DNA from: Candidatus Poribacteria bacterium
Lineage (GTDB): Bacteria > Poribacteria > WGA-4E > PCPOR2b
Reading direction: 5' to 3'
Assembly: GCA_965198175.1 (NCBI GenBank)
Contig: OZ240245.1
Coordinates: 1-64,000 of the forward strand
Length of the DNA stretch: 64,000 nucleotides
The notes under the pieces were generated by a model, which worked only from the letters and a program-made list of their open reading frames with translations, was not told where the DNA came from and did not search any database. Positions 19,430 through 28,329 of this stretch are shown here, one piece after another (the first letter of the stretch is position 1; every line of letters starts with the position of its first letter). The translations under genes and the position numbers were made by a program.

Positions 19430-20215
19430 TTGATTAATCGAAAGAAATTAAAGGGAAAAATCTTCCTCAATCTCATCGGAAACGCCTCTGTGGTTTTTCC
19501 TTTTGCTACTGGAGCCACCTTGGCATTTGCGACCTGGGTGCTCAATCTTGAGCCGGCCATTCTGTTTCTGTTTGTCAGCGGCGTTCTAGGTGTCCTGGGT
19601 CCCATCGCCGGATTCATCACGAAATGGGCGACAGGACTGGATGAGATTTCGCGACAAGCATTAAAGGAATTGCAGGATGAGGCGTATAATCAACAGGAGC
19701 GTCAACTTGATGCGTTACACAAGCAACTCAGCGAAGATGGGGATGCCAGAACCGAAAGGATGCTCACGGATCTTCGCACGCTGAACCAATCCTTTAAGGC
19801 GGAAGTCAGTGAAACCACTTGGTCATCCTCCATCCCTACAAATGTCGCCTTTGAGTTGGTCTACAGGGTTGAGGCGTTATTTCATGAATCGGTAAATTGC
19901 TTGAGAGATACCCTCAAACTTGGAGAAAAGGCGAGGGAAACCGCCACGCAAACGGGAAGGAAATCCCTCTTGCAGCATCGGGAGCTTGTTATTGAGGACG
20001 TACAGGAAACCATCGCGCAACTCTCCCGAATCTACGCTCAGATGCTTACGCTGGGTACACATAGCGATGAAACCGAGCTTTCAAGGCTCAGAAACGAGCT
20101 TGATGAAAATTTAGCGTTTGCTAAAAACGTCGAACAGACAATGCGAGAGCTTGAATCAAGCAATATCCATGAATCGAGTGAGTATGATCAGTATGTTGAA
20201 AATAACTCAAATTGA
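19430..20215 (+). CDS. Hypothetical protein: two N-terminal TM helices followed by a helical/coiled-coil domain
   Basis: 261 aa; hydrophobic hairpin at about aa 20-65, then a charged helical region; immediately upstream of the PspA-like gene. Confidence 0.75.
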   Translation: MINRKKLKGKIFLNLIGNASVVFPFATGATLAFATWVLNLEPAILFLFVSGVLGVLGPIAGFITKWATGLDEISRQALKELQDEAYNQQERQLDALHKQLSEDGDARTERMLTDLRTLNQSFKAEVSETTWSSSIPTNVAFELVYRVEALFHESVNCLRDTLKLGEKARETATQTGRKSLLQHRELVIEDVQETIAQLSRIYAQMLTLGTHSDETELSRLRNELDENLAFAKNVEQTMRELESSNIHESSEYDQYVENNSN

Positions 20216-20268
20216 CAATTGTCAATTAAAGTTCAATCTTCAATTTTTAATGGAAGGAGAAATATAAT

Positions 20269-21096
20269 ATGGCAAGTGGAATCGGGAGATTCTTCAAAGC
20301 AATCTGGTATACGCTCTCGGGAAGAGCGCATGAGCTTTCCGATAGGATGATGGAAAACCCTGAAGCTGTCCGAGGGGCTTACGAAGAGATTATTGCGGAT
20401 AAAAAAGCGAATGTTCAGCGCTACAAGGCGGCAATTGGTCAACTGATGGCGCTGGTCAAGCAAAAAGAGGGAACCGTTCAGAATCTAACCGACGATGTAG
20501 ATCGGCTCGAACGACTGAAAGCCGGGGCTCTAGCAAAGGCAAAGCGTGTAGCTGACAATCTGCAGAAGCAGGAACAGGCTCAGGAAGCAATTAAACAGAA
20601 TCCTGAGTACACGCGGTGTGTGGCTGCCTACAATGATTTTAGTTCAACGCTGGAAGAAAAAAATGCTCGAATCCAGGAACTTGAGGCGGATATCGAAAAC
20701 GCTCAGGGGGACATTAACAGCCATATGATTCAGATTACCGCATTGCATCGAGATTTGGATAAAATCAAGCAGGAACAAGCGGAAGCTGTCGCCGATCTAA
20801 TCACGGCGAGAGAGCAAGAACAGATTGCTGATATGCTCTCTGGCATCAGCACTGATGGTACATCAGCGGAGCTTGCCAGGATGCGAGATGTCCGGCAAAA
20901 GGCGAAAGGCAGAGCGCAGGTCGCGCAAGAATTAGCCGGCACCGATTCTCGCGCCGAAGAGGAAAAATTCCTTGCAGCTGCCAGAGAATCATCAGCCACC
21001 GATGAGTTTGACGGGTTAATCTTTGGGGCGCAACAAACCGATCGAGGGGAAAGTCAGGAGCCCCCAGCCGATTCGGAATCAAAGCTTCCTGTTTAA
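20269..21096 (+). CDS. PspA/IM30 (bacterial ESCRT-III-like) family protein
   Basis: Amphipathic N-terminal helix 'GIGRFFKAIWYTL', 'MENPE' motif, long coiled coils; GGAAGGAG RBS. Confidence 0.8.
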   Translation: MASGIGRFFKAIWYTLSGRAHELSDRMMENPEAVRGAYEEIIADKKANVQRYKAAIGQLMALVKQKEGTVQNLTDDVDRLERLKAGALAKAKRVADNLQKQEQAQEAIKQNPEYTRCVAAYNDFSSTLEEKNARIQELEADIENAQGDINSHMIQITALHRDLDKIKQEQAEAVADLITAREQEQIADMLSGISTDGTSAELARMRDVRQKAKGRAQVAQELAGTDSRAEEEKFLAAARESSATDEFDGLIFGAQQTDRGESQEPPADSESKLPV

Positions 21097-21169
21097 ATAT
21101 CGCAATCTGTATAGATTGCGTCTTTGGCTCTTCTTCGTTGTTACGAAATGAACAGTTACCTTTTAAATC

Positions 21170-21230
21170 CTGTAGGGTAGTTTTGCCCACCAGAATCAGA
21201 AATTGGTTGGCGCTGTTCTACCCTACAGGT
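21170..21230. repeat. GTAG-type REP-like inverted repeat
   Basis: CCTGTAGGGTAG ... CTACCCTACAGG inverted pair in an intergenic position. Confidence 0.6.
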
Positions 21231-21257
21231 TAATCGTCTATCTGAGGAGGAATAGCT

Positions 21258-22337
21258 TTGGGTAATTCCCGGAAATGTATCTCGATTTTGCTTGTTGTTT
21301 GTATGATGAGTTTAACATCTATGGGCATGGCGCAGAAGACGCCAACGTTCAGCCTTGCCTGGAGCGAATATCCATCGTGGAGTGTTTTTGGCGTCGCTCA
21401 TGAGTTTAAGCTCATTGACGGCAGGAAAAGCAAAATGGAGGGGATCGAAAAAAAATGGGGCGTTGACATTACGCTGGAGGAACTCGATTATGACTCCTGC
21501 ATGGCACTTTATGCAAGCCTCGGCTGTGATGCTGTATGTATTACAAATATGGACTCTCTGAATCCGGCCTTAGCTCGTCAGTCGACAGCCGTACTTCCTA
21601 CGAGCACAAGCTATGGTGCTGATGCATGCATTGTTGCTGGCGACATAACTGAGATTAGTCAACTTAAGGGAATTGATGTCTATGGTCTTGCAAAATCGGT
21701 CTCTGAATACTGCTTTGTTCGGAACATTGAACTGAATAACGAAAATGAAATGGACTACAAATTTACTAATATGGATCCAGCCGCTGCGTCACTCGCAATG
21801 CAGCAGAGACAAAAGGGTTATCGAGCCATCATCGTCTGGAACCCATTTGTACTTGAGACACTGAATAAGAGAAAAGATGCACGGGTTCTTTTCGACTCGA
21901 CCGCTATTCCGGGGGAAATTATCGACATGGTCATTATGGCTCAAGCTTCCCTGGATAAGCCCGGTGGCGACCGGTTCGCCGCCGCTGTTATTGAGACTTT
22001 CTACAAAATTAATGAAATGTTGGCTGACCCAGACCCTGAACTCGCAAATGACACTCTGATTGCTATCGGCGAGAAGTTTTCGCATCTCGGTCTAAAAGAT
22101 ATGAGAAAGGTGATGCGGCAGACACTGTTTTATAAAACGCCGGCAGATGGGAAGAATCTGTTCATCGGCGAAAAACTACCCCAAATTATGGAGACGGTCG
22201 TAGGGTTCTGCGTCAGCCATGATATCGTGGATCGGCAGCCAACGATTGCCTACGGTTCCAAAGATCGCACCTCAGTTGCAAATTTGAGATTTGATCCGAC
22301 CTACATCGAAAAATATATGGAAGGTCAGGGGCAATAG
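21258..22337 (+). CDS. NitT/TauT-family ABC transporter substrate-binding protein
   Basis: Signal peptide; 'FSLAWSEYPSW', 'ITNMDSL', 'TSYGADA', 'WNPFV', 'FDSTAIPGEIIDM'; resembles urea-carboxylase-associated binding proteins. Confidence 0.85.
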   Translation: MGNSRKCISILLVVCMMSLTSMGMAQKTPTFSLAWSEYPSWSVFGVAHEFKLIDGRKSKMEGIEKKWGVDITLEELDYDSCMALYASLGCDAVCITNMDSLNPALARQSTAVLPTSTSYGADACIVAGDITEISQLKGIDVYGLAKSVSEYCFVRNIELNNENEMDYKFTNMDPAAASLAMQQRQKGYRAIIVWNPFVLETLNKRKDARVLFDSTAIPGEIIDMVIMAQASLDKPGGDRFAAAVIETFYKINEMLADPDPELANDTLIAIGEKFSHLGLKDMRKVMRQTLFYKTPADGKNLFIGEKLPQIMETVVGFCVSHDIVDRQPTIAYGSKDRTSVANLRFDPTYIEKYMEGQGQ

Positions 22338-22614
22338 GTCATGTGCGAAGTGCCGCCTGTGTACGTTGTCTCCGGCATATCGCAATGGTAGTGATGCTGA
22401 TATTTGTAGTCATTACGGCGATGTTAAAGACGTACGACACGCTTTCCGCTGCCGCAGCCAGTGCGCTAGGCTTTTTGAGGATCTGCTTGTGTTGGCGATA
22501 GGAGTGTTTTTTTGAAGGAGACCCACAGAACCATCTTTGGCTGATGGACGAAAACGAGCGGCAGCGAACAAGAATAATACACTATGTGAAAGGAGCATTG
22601 AAGCACTGAAAAGC

Positions 22615-23427
22615 ATGAGGCTACGTGAAGTTATCCTTATTAAATACGCCTTATACTTTGTATACCTGTTGTCACTTTGCAGTTTTGTATCAGCACAAGT
22701 CAATATCTTCGACGCCGAAACCGCGCGGCAGATGGAATCGGGACCCGGCTGGTATAATAACATCGCTCTGAATCTAACGGCTCACACTGGCAATACGGAT
22801 TTGCTGACGCTGAAAACCCGATTCCGATCGGATTATCTAGTTGAAAAGTACCATCTATTTATTATGGCGAACCTTCATCAAGGAAGAAAGGACAGTAAAT
22901 CATTTATTGATAAGGGACTGATTCACCTCCGCGGCATTCGATCCGTCAGTCAAGATGTCGCAGTGGAAACCTTTGTTCAGAAGCAATTCAATGATTTTAT
23001 CCTGCTACAGGATCGAAATTTGGCTGGCGGAGGCATTCGTATCGCGCCGCTGGGGAAGGTCACCAAATCAGAAAGCGATGGGGCGTTTAACCCGTATATC
23101 GGCATCGGTGCAATGTGGGAGAATGAGGTCATCAATGATGATACCAGGGAAGGAGAAATCGAGACAAATATCCTCCGTTTGACCAATTATGTCACTTGGA
23201 CCTGGCGGATTGATGAACGGCTGACCTCCGCTGCAACAGGTTACTATCAGTTTCATCCGAAACCCTTCTCGGATTTTCGGATTCTTTTTGAGGGCAGCAT
23301 CGGATTTCGTTTGACCGGGAAGCTGGGATTGACCACACGGTTGAATTTTCGGTATGACAATGAACCGCCGACCAATGTCAAGAAGCATGATTTGGAAATC
23401 GTGAATGGATTCAGTTTTACTTTTTAG
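22615..23427 (+). CDS. DUF481-like outer-membrane beta-barrel protein
   Basis: Signal-like N-terminus, 'GNT' motif, alternating beta-strand pattern, 'RYDNEPP', terminal Phe; start codon uncertain (ORF open from 22537). Confidence 0.75.
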   Translation: MRLREVILIKYALYFVYLLSLCSFVSAQVNIFDAETARQMESGPGWYNNIALNLTAHTGNTDLLTLKTRFRSDYLVEKYHLFIMANLHQGRKDSKSFIDKGLIHLRGIRSVSQDVAVETFVQKQFNDFILLQDRNLAGGGIRIAPLGKVTKSESDGAFNPYIGIGAMWENEVINDDTREGEIETNILRLTNYVTWTWRIDERLTSAATGYYQFHPKPFSDFRILFEGSIGFRLTGKLGLTTRLNFRYDNEPPTNVKKHDLEIVNGFSFTF

Positions 23428-23488
23428 GTAACAGACGACTGCTCGAAACAGGAGGTTCGCGCTTGCTTCCCAGGTAGAGTGATACTAT

Positions 23489-24298
23489 ATGATCAGGTCC
23501 CCAATTTCAGATAAACTCAGGATTCTTTTAGGTATCTTCTCCGTTGTCATACTAATCGCAGGTTATTTACATCTTTCTCATCGGCAACATCGAATAAATC
23601 CCGACGACACAACAATCCCAAGTCTTTCTCAGCTTAAAGAGGGTGTCAAAAAAGCAACCACGCCACACAGGCGCTCAAAGGAGATATGGCTGTTAGAAGA
23701 CTTGAAAGCCACGGGTCTGAGGCTTGTCCTAGGGTTTTCACTGGGTATCATCTTCGGAGTTATAATTGGATTAATGATGGGGTGCTTTGCCGCTTGGGAA
23801 GCCTTCTTTCTCTTTCCGTTGTCATTTACGGCGAAACTCAATCCAATAGCTATGCTTGCCGTATTTTTTGTCATGGTCGGTACCGGCATGGAGATGTATG
23901 TCGCGATGATAGCATTTGGGGTAATGCCGAATTTTGCACAGACAGTCTATCTAGCAGCGAAGAACGATGTCGCTGAAGAATTAGTTCACAAAGCCTATAC
24001 ATTAGGAGCATCCCATATTGAAGTCGTTCTGAGTGTTATTTTTCGGCAGATCTTTCCACGTATTCTGGATTCGAGTCGTCTTCAGATTGGCCCTGCGTTG
24101 GTCTATCTCATCGCCGCCGAAATGGTTGTTGGACACGTGGGTTTTGGCTACAGAATCAGACTTGAATACAAACTGCTCAATATGAACGTTGTGTACCCCT
24201 ATATTGTGTTATTGGCGTTGTTCGGTTACGCGGCAGACTATGGACTTCGATGGACACAGAGGAAAGTATTTCCCTGGTATGGACTTAACTCAAGGTAG
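23489..24298 (+). CDS. NitT/TauT-family ABC transporter permease
   Basis: Multiple TM helices; EAA-loop 'ELVHKAYTLGAS'; 'YLIAAEM...GFGYRI'. Confidence 0.92.
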   Translation: MIRSPISDKLRILLGIFSVVILIAGYLHLSHRQHRINPDDTTIPSLSQLKEGVKKATTPHRRSKEIWLLEDLKATGLRLVLGFSLGIIFGVIIGLMMGCFAAWEAFFLFPLSFTAKLNPIAMLAVFFVMVGTGMEMYVAMIAFGVMPNFAQTVYLAAKNDVAEELVHKAYTLGASHIEVVLSVIFRQIFPRILDSSRLQIGPALVYLIAAEMVVGHVGFGYRIRLEYKLLNMNVVYPYIVLLALFGYAADYGLRWTQRKVFPWYGLNSR

Positions 24299-24415
24299 AG
24301 CAAGCTACCAGCCAGCTCAGTGCTGGTAAGGTGCAAAAGGGAGCAGAGAAGAAAAGACAAGCAGGAGACCAATTCCCAGGGACGAGGAGATAGGGAAATT
24401 GAAATAGGAAAAGAT

Positions 24416-25345
24416 ATGTCTGAAATTGTGCTTGAATGTAAGGGAATTACCCACTATTTTCATGAGAATCGAGTCCTTTATGACATCAACCTTCGCGTGG
24501 TTAGGGGAGAAATTGTCTCATTGGTTGGACCCAGCGGGTGTGGAAAATCCACTCTGCTTCGAGCAATCTTAGGAACGCATCCGCCACGCGAAGGCGAAAT
24601 ATTGGTGAACGAAACGCCGGTCAGAAGTCCTGGAAGAGACAGGGGAATTGTTTACCAGCGCTATTCACTTTTTCCGTTTTTGACCGCCCAAGACAATGTA
24701 GCGTTGGGATTACTTTTTGATCGGAGTTCACTTTTTGATAGATTCGCCAGATATTTTGTCTGGCGGAAAGCGAGAAAAAGACATCTTGAAGAAGCCGCGG
24801 CGCTGCTTGAAAAATTAGGGCTGGGTCATGCACTGCATCTTTATCCCCATGAAATGTCGGGGGGAATGTGCCAACGGGTCGCCATTGCCCAGGCGATCAT
24901 CATGAACCCTGAAATATTGCTGCTGGATGAGCCTTTTGGCGCCCTTGATGAGGCAACTCGAGAGGAACTTCAGAAGATGCTTCTGAACCTCTATGCGGAA
25001 AACATTGATGCAACAGCCCGCGGAGAACAACCGCTGTATACAATCATCATTGTCACCCATGAACTCAATGAGGCCATCTACGTTGCGGATCGCGTGGTCG
25101 CGCTTTCTCAACATTGGGACTGGCGTCAAAAAGGATTTGAAACCTTCCCCGGTGCCACAATCGTTTATGACCAAATGGCGCCCGCTTTCGCGCCGACTGA
25201 TGAAATTGACCGTGCCCAGTTTATCGAACAGCGGACAGAAATCCGGGGGGCGGCATTTGATCCGGATTATCGCCAAGAACGAAATGAATTTAATAAATTC
25301 TGGGGGCAGGTCCATGGAAAGAGAGATGGGGGTGCTGAAAAATAG
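24416..25345 (+). CDS. NitT/TauT-family ABC transporter ATP-binding protein
   Basis: Walker A GPSGCGKS, signature MSGGM, 'LLLDEPFGALD', 'VTH'. Confidence 0.95.
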   Translation: MSEIVLECKGITHYFHENRVLYDINLRVVRGEIVSLVGPSGCGKSTLLRAILGTHPPREGEILVNETPVRSPGRDRGIVYQRYSLFPFLTAQDNVALGLLFDRSSLFDRFARYFVWRKARKRHLEEAAALLEKLGLGHALHLYPHEMSGGMCQRVAIAQAIIMNPEILLLDEPFGALDEATREELQKMLLNLYAENIDATARGEQPLYTIIIVTHELNEAIYVADRVVALSQHWDWRQKGFETFPGATIVYDQMAPAFAPTDEIDRAQFIEQRTEIRGAAFDPDYRQERNEFNKFWGQVHGKRDGGAEK

Positions 25346-27168
25346 CTGTTAAAAGTCCGAAATATGAGTTTCTATCTCAAGCCGGAACGATAATCAACGC
25401 AGGAACCTCAAGAAATCTTATTCTTGCAGGAAACATCCATGATCTTTTCTACTTTCCCGAAACAACGGGAGAGGGGAATTATGTTCCGCTTGTTTCACTC
25501 TTAACAAAGAATTGGGATGTGCCAGGGTTTATCCTCATGGTTTATGAACTTAACGGCCCCATCAGGTTCTTGAGAGTCAGTGACAGGAAGAATCTGAAAA
25601 ACGCTTTCGGTTTATGGCGACAAGATACAGATCAAAACCTTCTCTCCAGAGACACGATTGGCTATCTTATTCCAGACAAAACAATAAACTCCGCGGAAGA
25701 GCAATTTGATACATATCTGAAGGGTTCAATTGGGAACCCAACCGTCGCCCTTGAATTCCTCAGGCAATTATGCTTGCTTTCTCGATCGACGGATGCGTTC
25801 GACAAAAATCTGCTGATAGAAAAACTGTTGATAATTATTGAAGCGGCGGACATGTTACTTCCAGAGGGTGAAATTCAGAAGCTCTCCCAAGCGGATAGGC
25901 ATCGGGTCAGCATTGTACAAGATTGGATTCTTGACCCTGATTTCATGAACGGGGAGGACACGGTCATTTTTATCGCAGAATCCAAGAGCTTGATGAACTC
26001 CAGAATCACCAAGCTGCCTCAAATGGCAACCGTTGAAACTCCATCGCCCGGCGTCGATGAAAGAAAACATTTCATTTTCTGGTTTAATCGGTTCCAGCGT
26101 CCCAAAGAGAAGCGGTTGCGCCTCTGGGGAACGCAGGAACAACTTGCTATACTGACAGCGGGGATTTCCAGCCACGCACTGCGACAACTGCTGATAATGA
26201 GTTGTTATTCCGGAAAAAAACTTCAGCCGGGCAATGTCATTGAGAAAGTTTCTGATTTTATTCAGGGGCAACTGGGTGAGGATGTCGTTGAATTTAAGAA
26301 GCCTGCCCACGGCTTGAAAGCGGTGGTTGGAAATGAACGATTGGTTTCCTTCATTCAGACCAAGCTGTTACCTCGCATCACGTCGACGGGACCGGATGCA
26401 ATCTCGGGCGCAGCGGTTTGCGGTCCGATTGGAAGTGGGAAGACGTTTATTTTCGAGGGACTTGCGGGTGACTTGGATATTCCCGTTCTAGTTCTCAAAA
26501 ACATCAGGAGTATGTGGTTTGGCCAAACCGATGTCATCTTTGAACGTCTCCGGCGTCTACTGGCAGCTCTCGTTAAAGTCATGATCTTTGTGGATGAAGC
26601 GGACACCCAATTCGGTGAAATCGGAAGAGAGGCACACGCCACCGAGCGACGATTAACGGGAAAGGTACAGGCGATGATGTCAGACCCTCAACTCAAGGGC
26701 AATATCACGTGGTTGCTGATGACCGCCCGTATCTACAATTTGTCTCCGGATCTGCGGCGGGAGGGAAGGGTCGGTGACATGATTATACCGGTGCTTGACC
26801 CTGAAGATAAAGATCGGGAGACGTTTATCAGGTGGAGCATCCGCGGCATTTTCAACGGACCGATTAGCAATGCGTTCATGGAAAAGATGTTACAAGTCAC
26901 AGAAGGATACTCTGCGGCAAGTTTTGCTTCACTCCGTTCTGACCTTAGGGCAGTTGCCAAAGATGGTTCTTTATCAATGAATCAGATTCTTGAGATCGCT
27001 GCCGATCGTATTCTCCCGAATATTGGGTCTGTCAGACAATATCAAACGCTGCAAGCCTTAACGAATTGCACAAGGAAGTCATTACTTCCCGAAGATTACT
27101 CCCCCCAAATGCGCGATCAATGGATAACGGAGATTCGAAAACTAGAACAGATGGGGGTTGGGGGATAG
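25339..27168 (+). CDS. AAA+ ATPase (classical clade) with a degenerate N-terminal AAA-like domain
   Basis: Walker A GPIGSGKT, Walker B IFVDEAD, pore loop SMWFGQ, arginine-finger region LRREGR. The frame is open from 25339 but the first GTG is at 25519, so the true start is uncertain. Confidence 0.85.
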   Translation, partial: KIAVKSPKYEFLSQAGTIINAGTSRNLILAGNIHDLFYFPETTGEGNYVPLVSLLTKNWDVPGFILMVYELNGPIRFLRVSDRKNLKNAFGLWRQDTDQNLLSRDTIGYLIPDKTINSAEEQFDTYLKGSIGNPTVALEFLRQLCLLSRSTDAFDKNLLIEKLLIIIEAADMLLPEGEIQKLSQADRHRVSIVQDWILDPDFMNGEDTVIFIAESKSLMNSRITKLPQMATVETPSPGVDERKHFIFWFNRFQRPKEKRLRLWGTQEQLAILTAGISSHALRQLLIMSCYSGKKLQPGNVIEKVSDFIQGQLGEDVVEFKKPAHGLKAVVGNERLVSFIQTKLLPRITSTGPDAISGAAVCGPIGSGKTFIFEGLAGDLDIPVLVLKNIRSMWFGQTDVIFERLRRLLAALVKVMIFVDEADTQFGEIGREAHATERRLTGKVQAMMSDPQLKGNITWLLMTARIYNLSPDLRREGRVGDMIIPVLDPEDKDRETFIRWSIRGIFNGPISNAFMEKMLQVTEGYSAASFASLRSDLRAVAKDGSLSMNQILEIAADRILPNIGSVRQYQTLQALTNCTRKSLLPEDYSPQMRDQWITEIRKLEQMGVGG

Positions 27169-27188
27169 CTTAGGGGAAATGTAGAGGG

Positions 27189-27222
27189 AAATCCACTCAA
27201 CAAATGTGAGTGGATTTATTTC
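27189..27222. terminator. Hairpin after the AAA gene, possible intrinsic terminator
   Basis: AAATCCACTCA-7 nt-TGAGTGGATTT followed by ATTT, between convergent genes. Confidence 0.55.
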
Positions 27223-27398
27223 TGGGCATGTAGCTACGTACGTAATCAATGTGGTCATTCTCGAATCCAGAAAAACCTTGGCTCACAGACCTTTTAACTG
27301 GTATACACCCCATTTTTCATGACCGGTTGTTTTTCAGCGTCACGCCAAGTTATCTAAGCCAAGGCTTCCAGCCGGTATTCTAAGTTGATTCGGAAGGA

Positions 27399-27986
27399 TT
27401 AAAGCATCCCCTTTGTCGAAGGTATACCGCTGATGCGATCCTCGGGACCTGTTGCAATATCCAGCGCCTTTGCAACAGCCTTGAAAATTGATTCGATGAT
27501 ATGATGGCGGTTTGTTCCATACGATACGTTGATATGCAGCGTCGTCCCGCTATGGTTGACAAATCCGTGAAAAAACTCCTCAGCGAGTTCAACGTCAAAG
27601 TTTCCCACTTTGCCCCGACGCAGCGGCGTGCGATAGAGCAGGTAAGGACGACCACACAAATCTAGGTCTACCTGCGCTAGGGCTTCATACATTGGGACGA
27701 CAAAACTGCCAAACCGACGGATGCCGGCTTTATCTCCCGCTGCCTTTTTGAAGGCTTCTCCCAGACAAATACCGACATCTTCAACTACGTGATGATCATC
27801 AACATGGAGATCGCCGGTCGCATTGACCTGGAGATCAAAGAAACCGTGCTTGGCGAAGAGTTCAAGCATGTGGTCTAGAAATCCAACGCGGGTGCTGATG
27901 TCGGATTCTCCAGTCCCATCAATGTTGAGTCTGAGCGTAATTTGCGTTTCCCGCGTTTCGCGTACAATTTCAGCTTCACGTTTCAC
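27399..27986 (-). CDS. hisB: Imidazoleglycerol-phosphate dehydratase
   Basis: 'RETRETQI', 'GFLDHML', 'DDHHVVED', 'NRHHIIESIFKA', 'PSTKGML'. Confidence 0.97.
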   Translation of the reverse strand: MKREAEIVRETRETQITLRLNIDGTGESDISTRVGFLDHMLELFAKHGFFDLQVNATGDLHVDDHHVVEDVGICLGEAFKKAAGDKAGIRRFGSFVVPMYEALAQVDLDLCGRPYLLYRTPLRRGKVGNFDVELAEEFFHGFVNHSGTTLHINVSYGTNRHHIIESIFKAVAKALDIATGPEDRISGIPSTKGML

Positions 27987-28329
27987 GATATCCGTTCCTC
28001 ATCGGCTTAGGTTGTTTCACGGATCAGCGTCGATAATCCATCTGTTCGGAATCGTTAGTGTAGCATAAGACATGTGGTGAATCAAGTCCAAATCGCTCAG
28101 CGATTTGAAAAAGCCGCTGCACAAATATGTTCCTATTCTCCATAAAAAAGGGCTGATATCTCAGAAAAATCAATTATCATCTCCAAATACAACTTGACGA
28201 ACTGTTCTATAGTCGCCTATAATCGAAGAATACAATGGGGATCCTTGTATCGCTTTACGACACTGTGTTGAGGAGTTTAGCGCGCGACAACAACGAATAA
28301 CAAAATAGGAATGCTCCCCGGAGGAAAAC

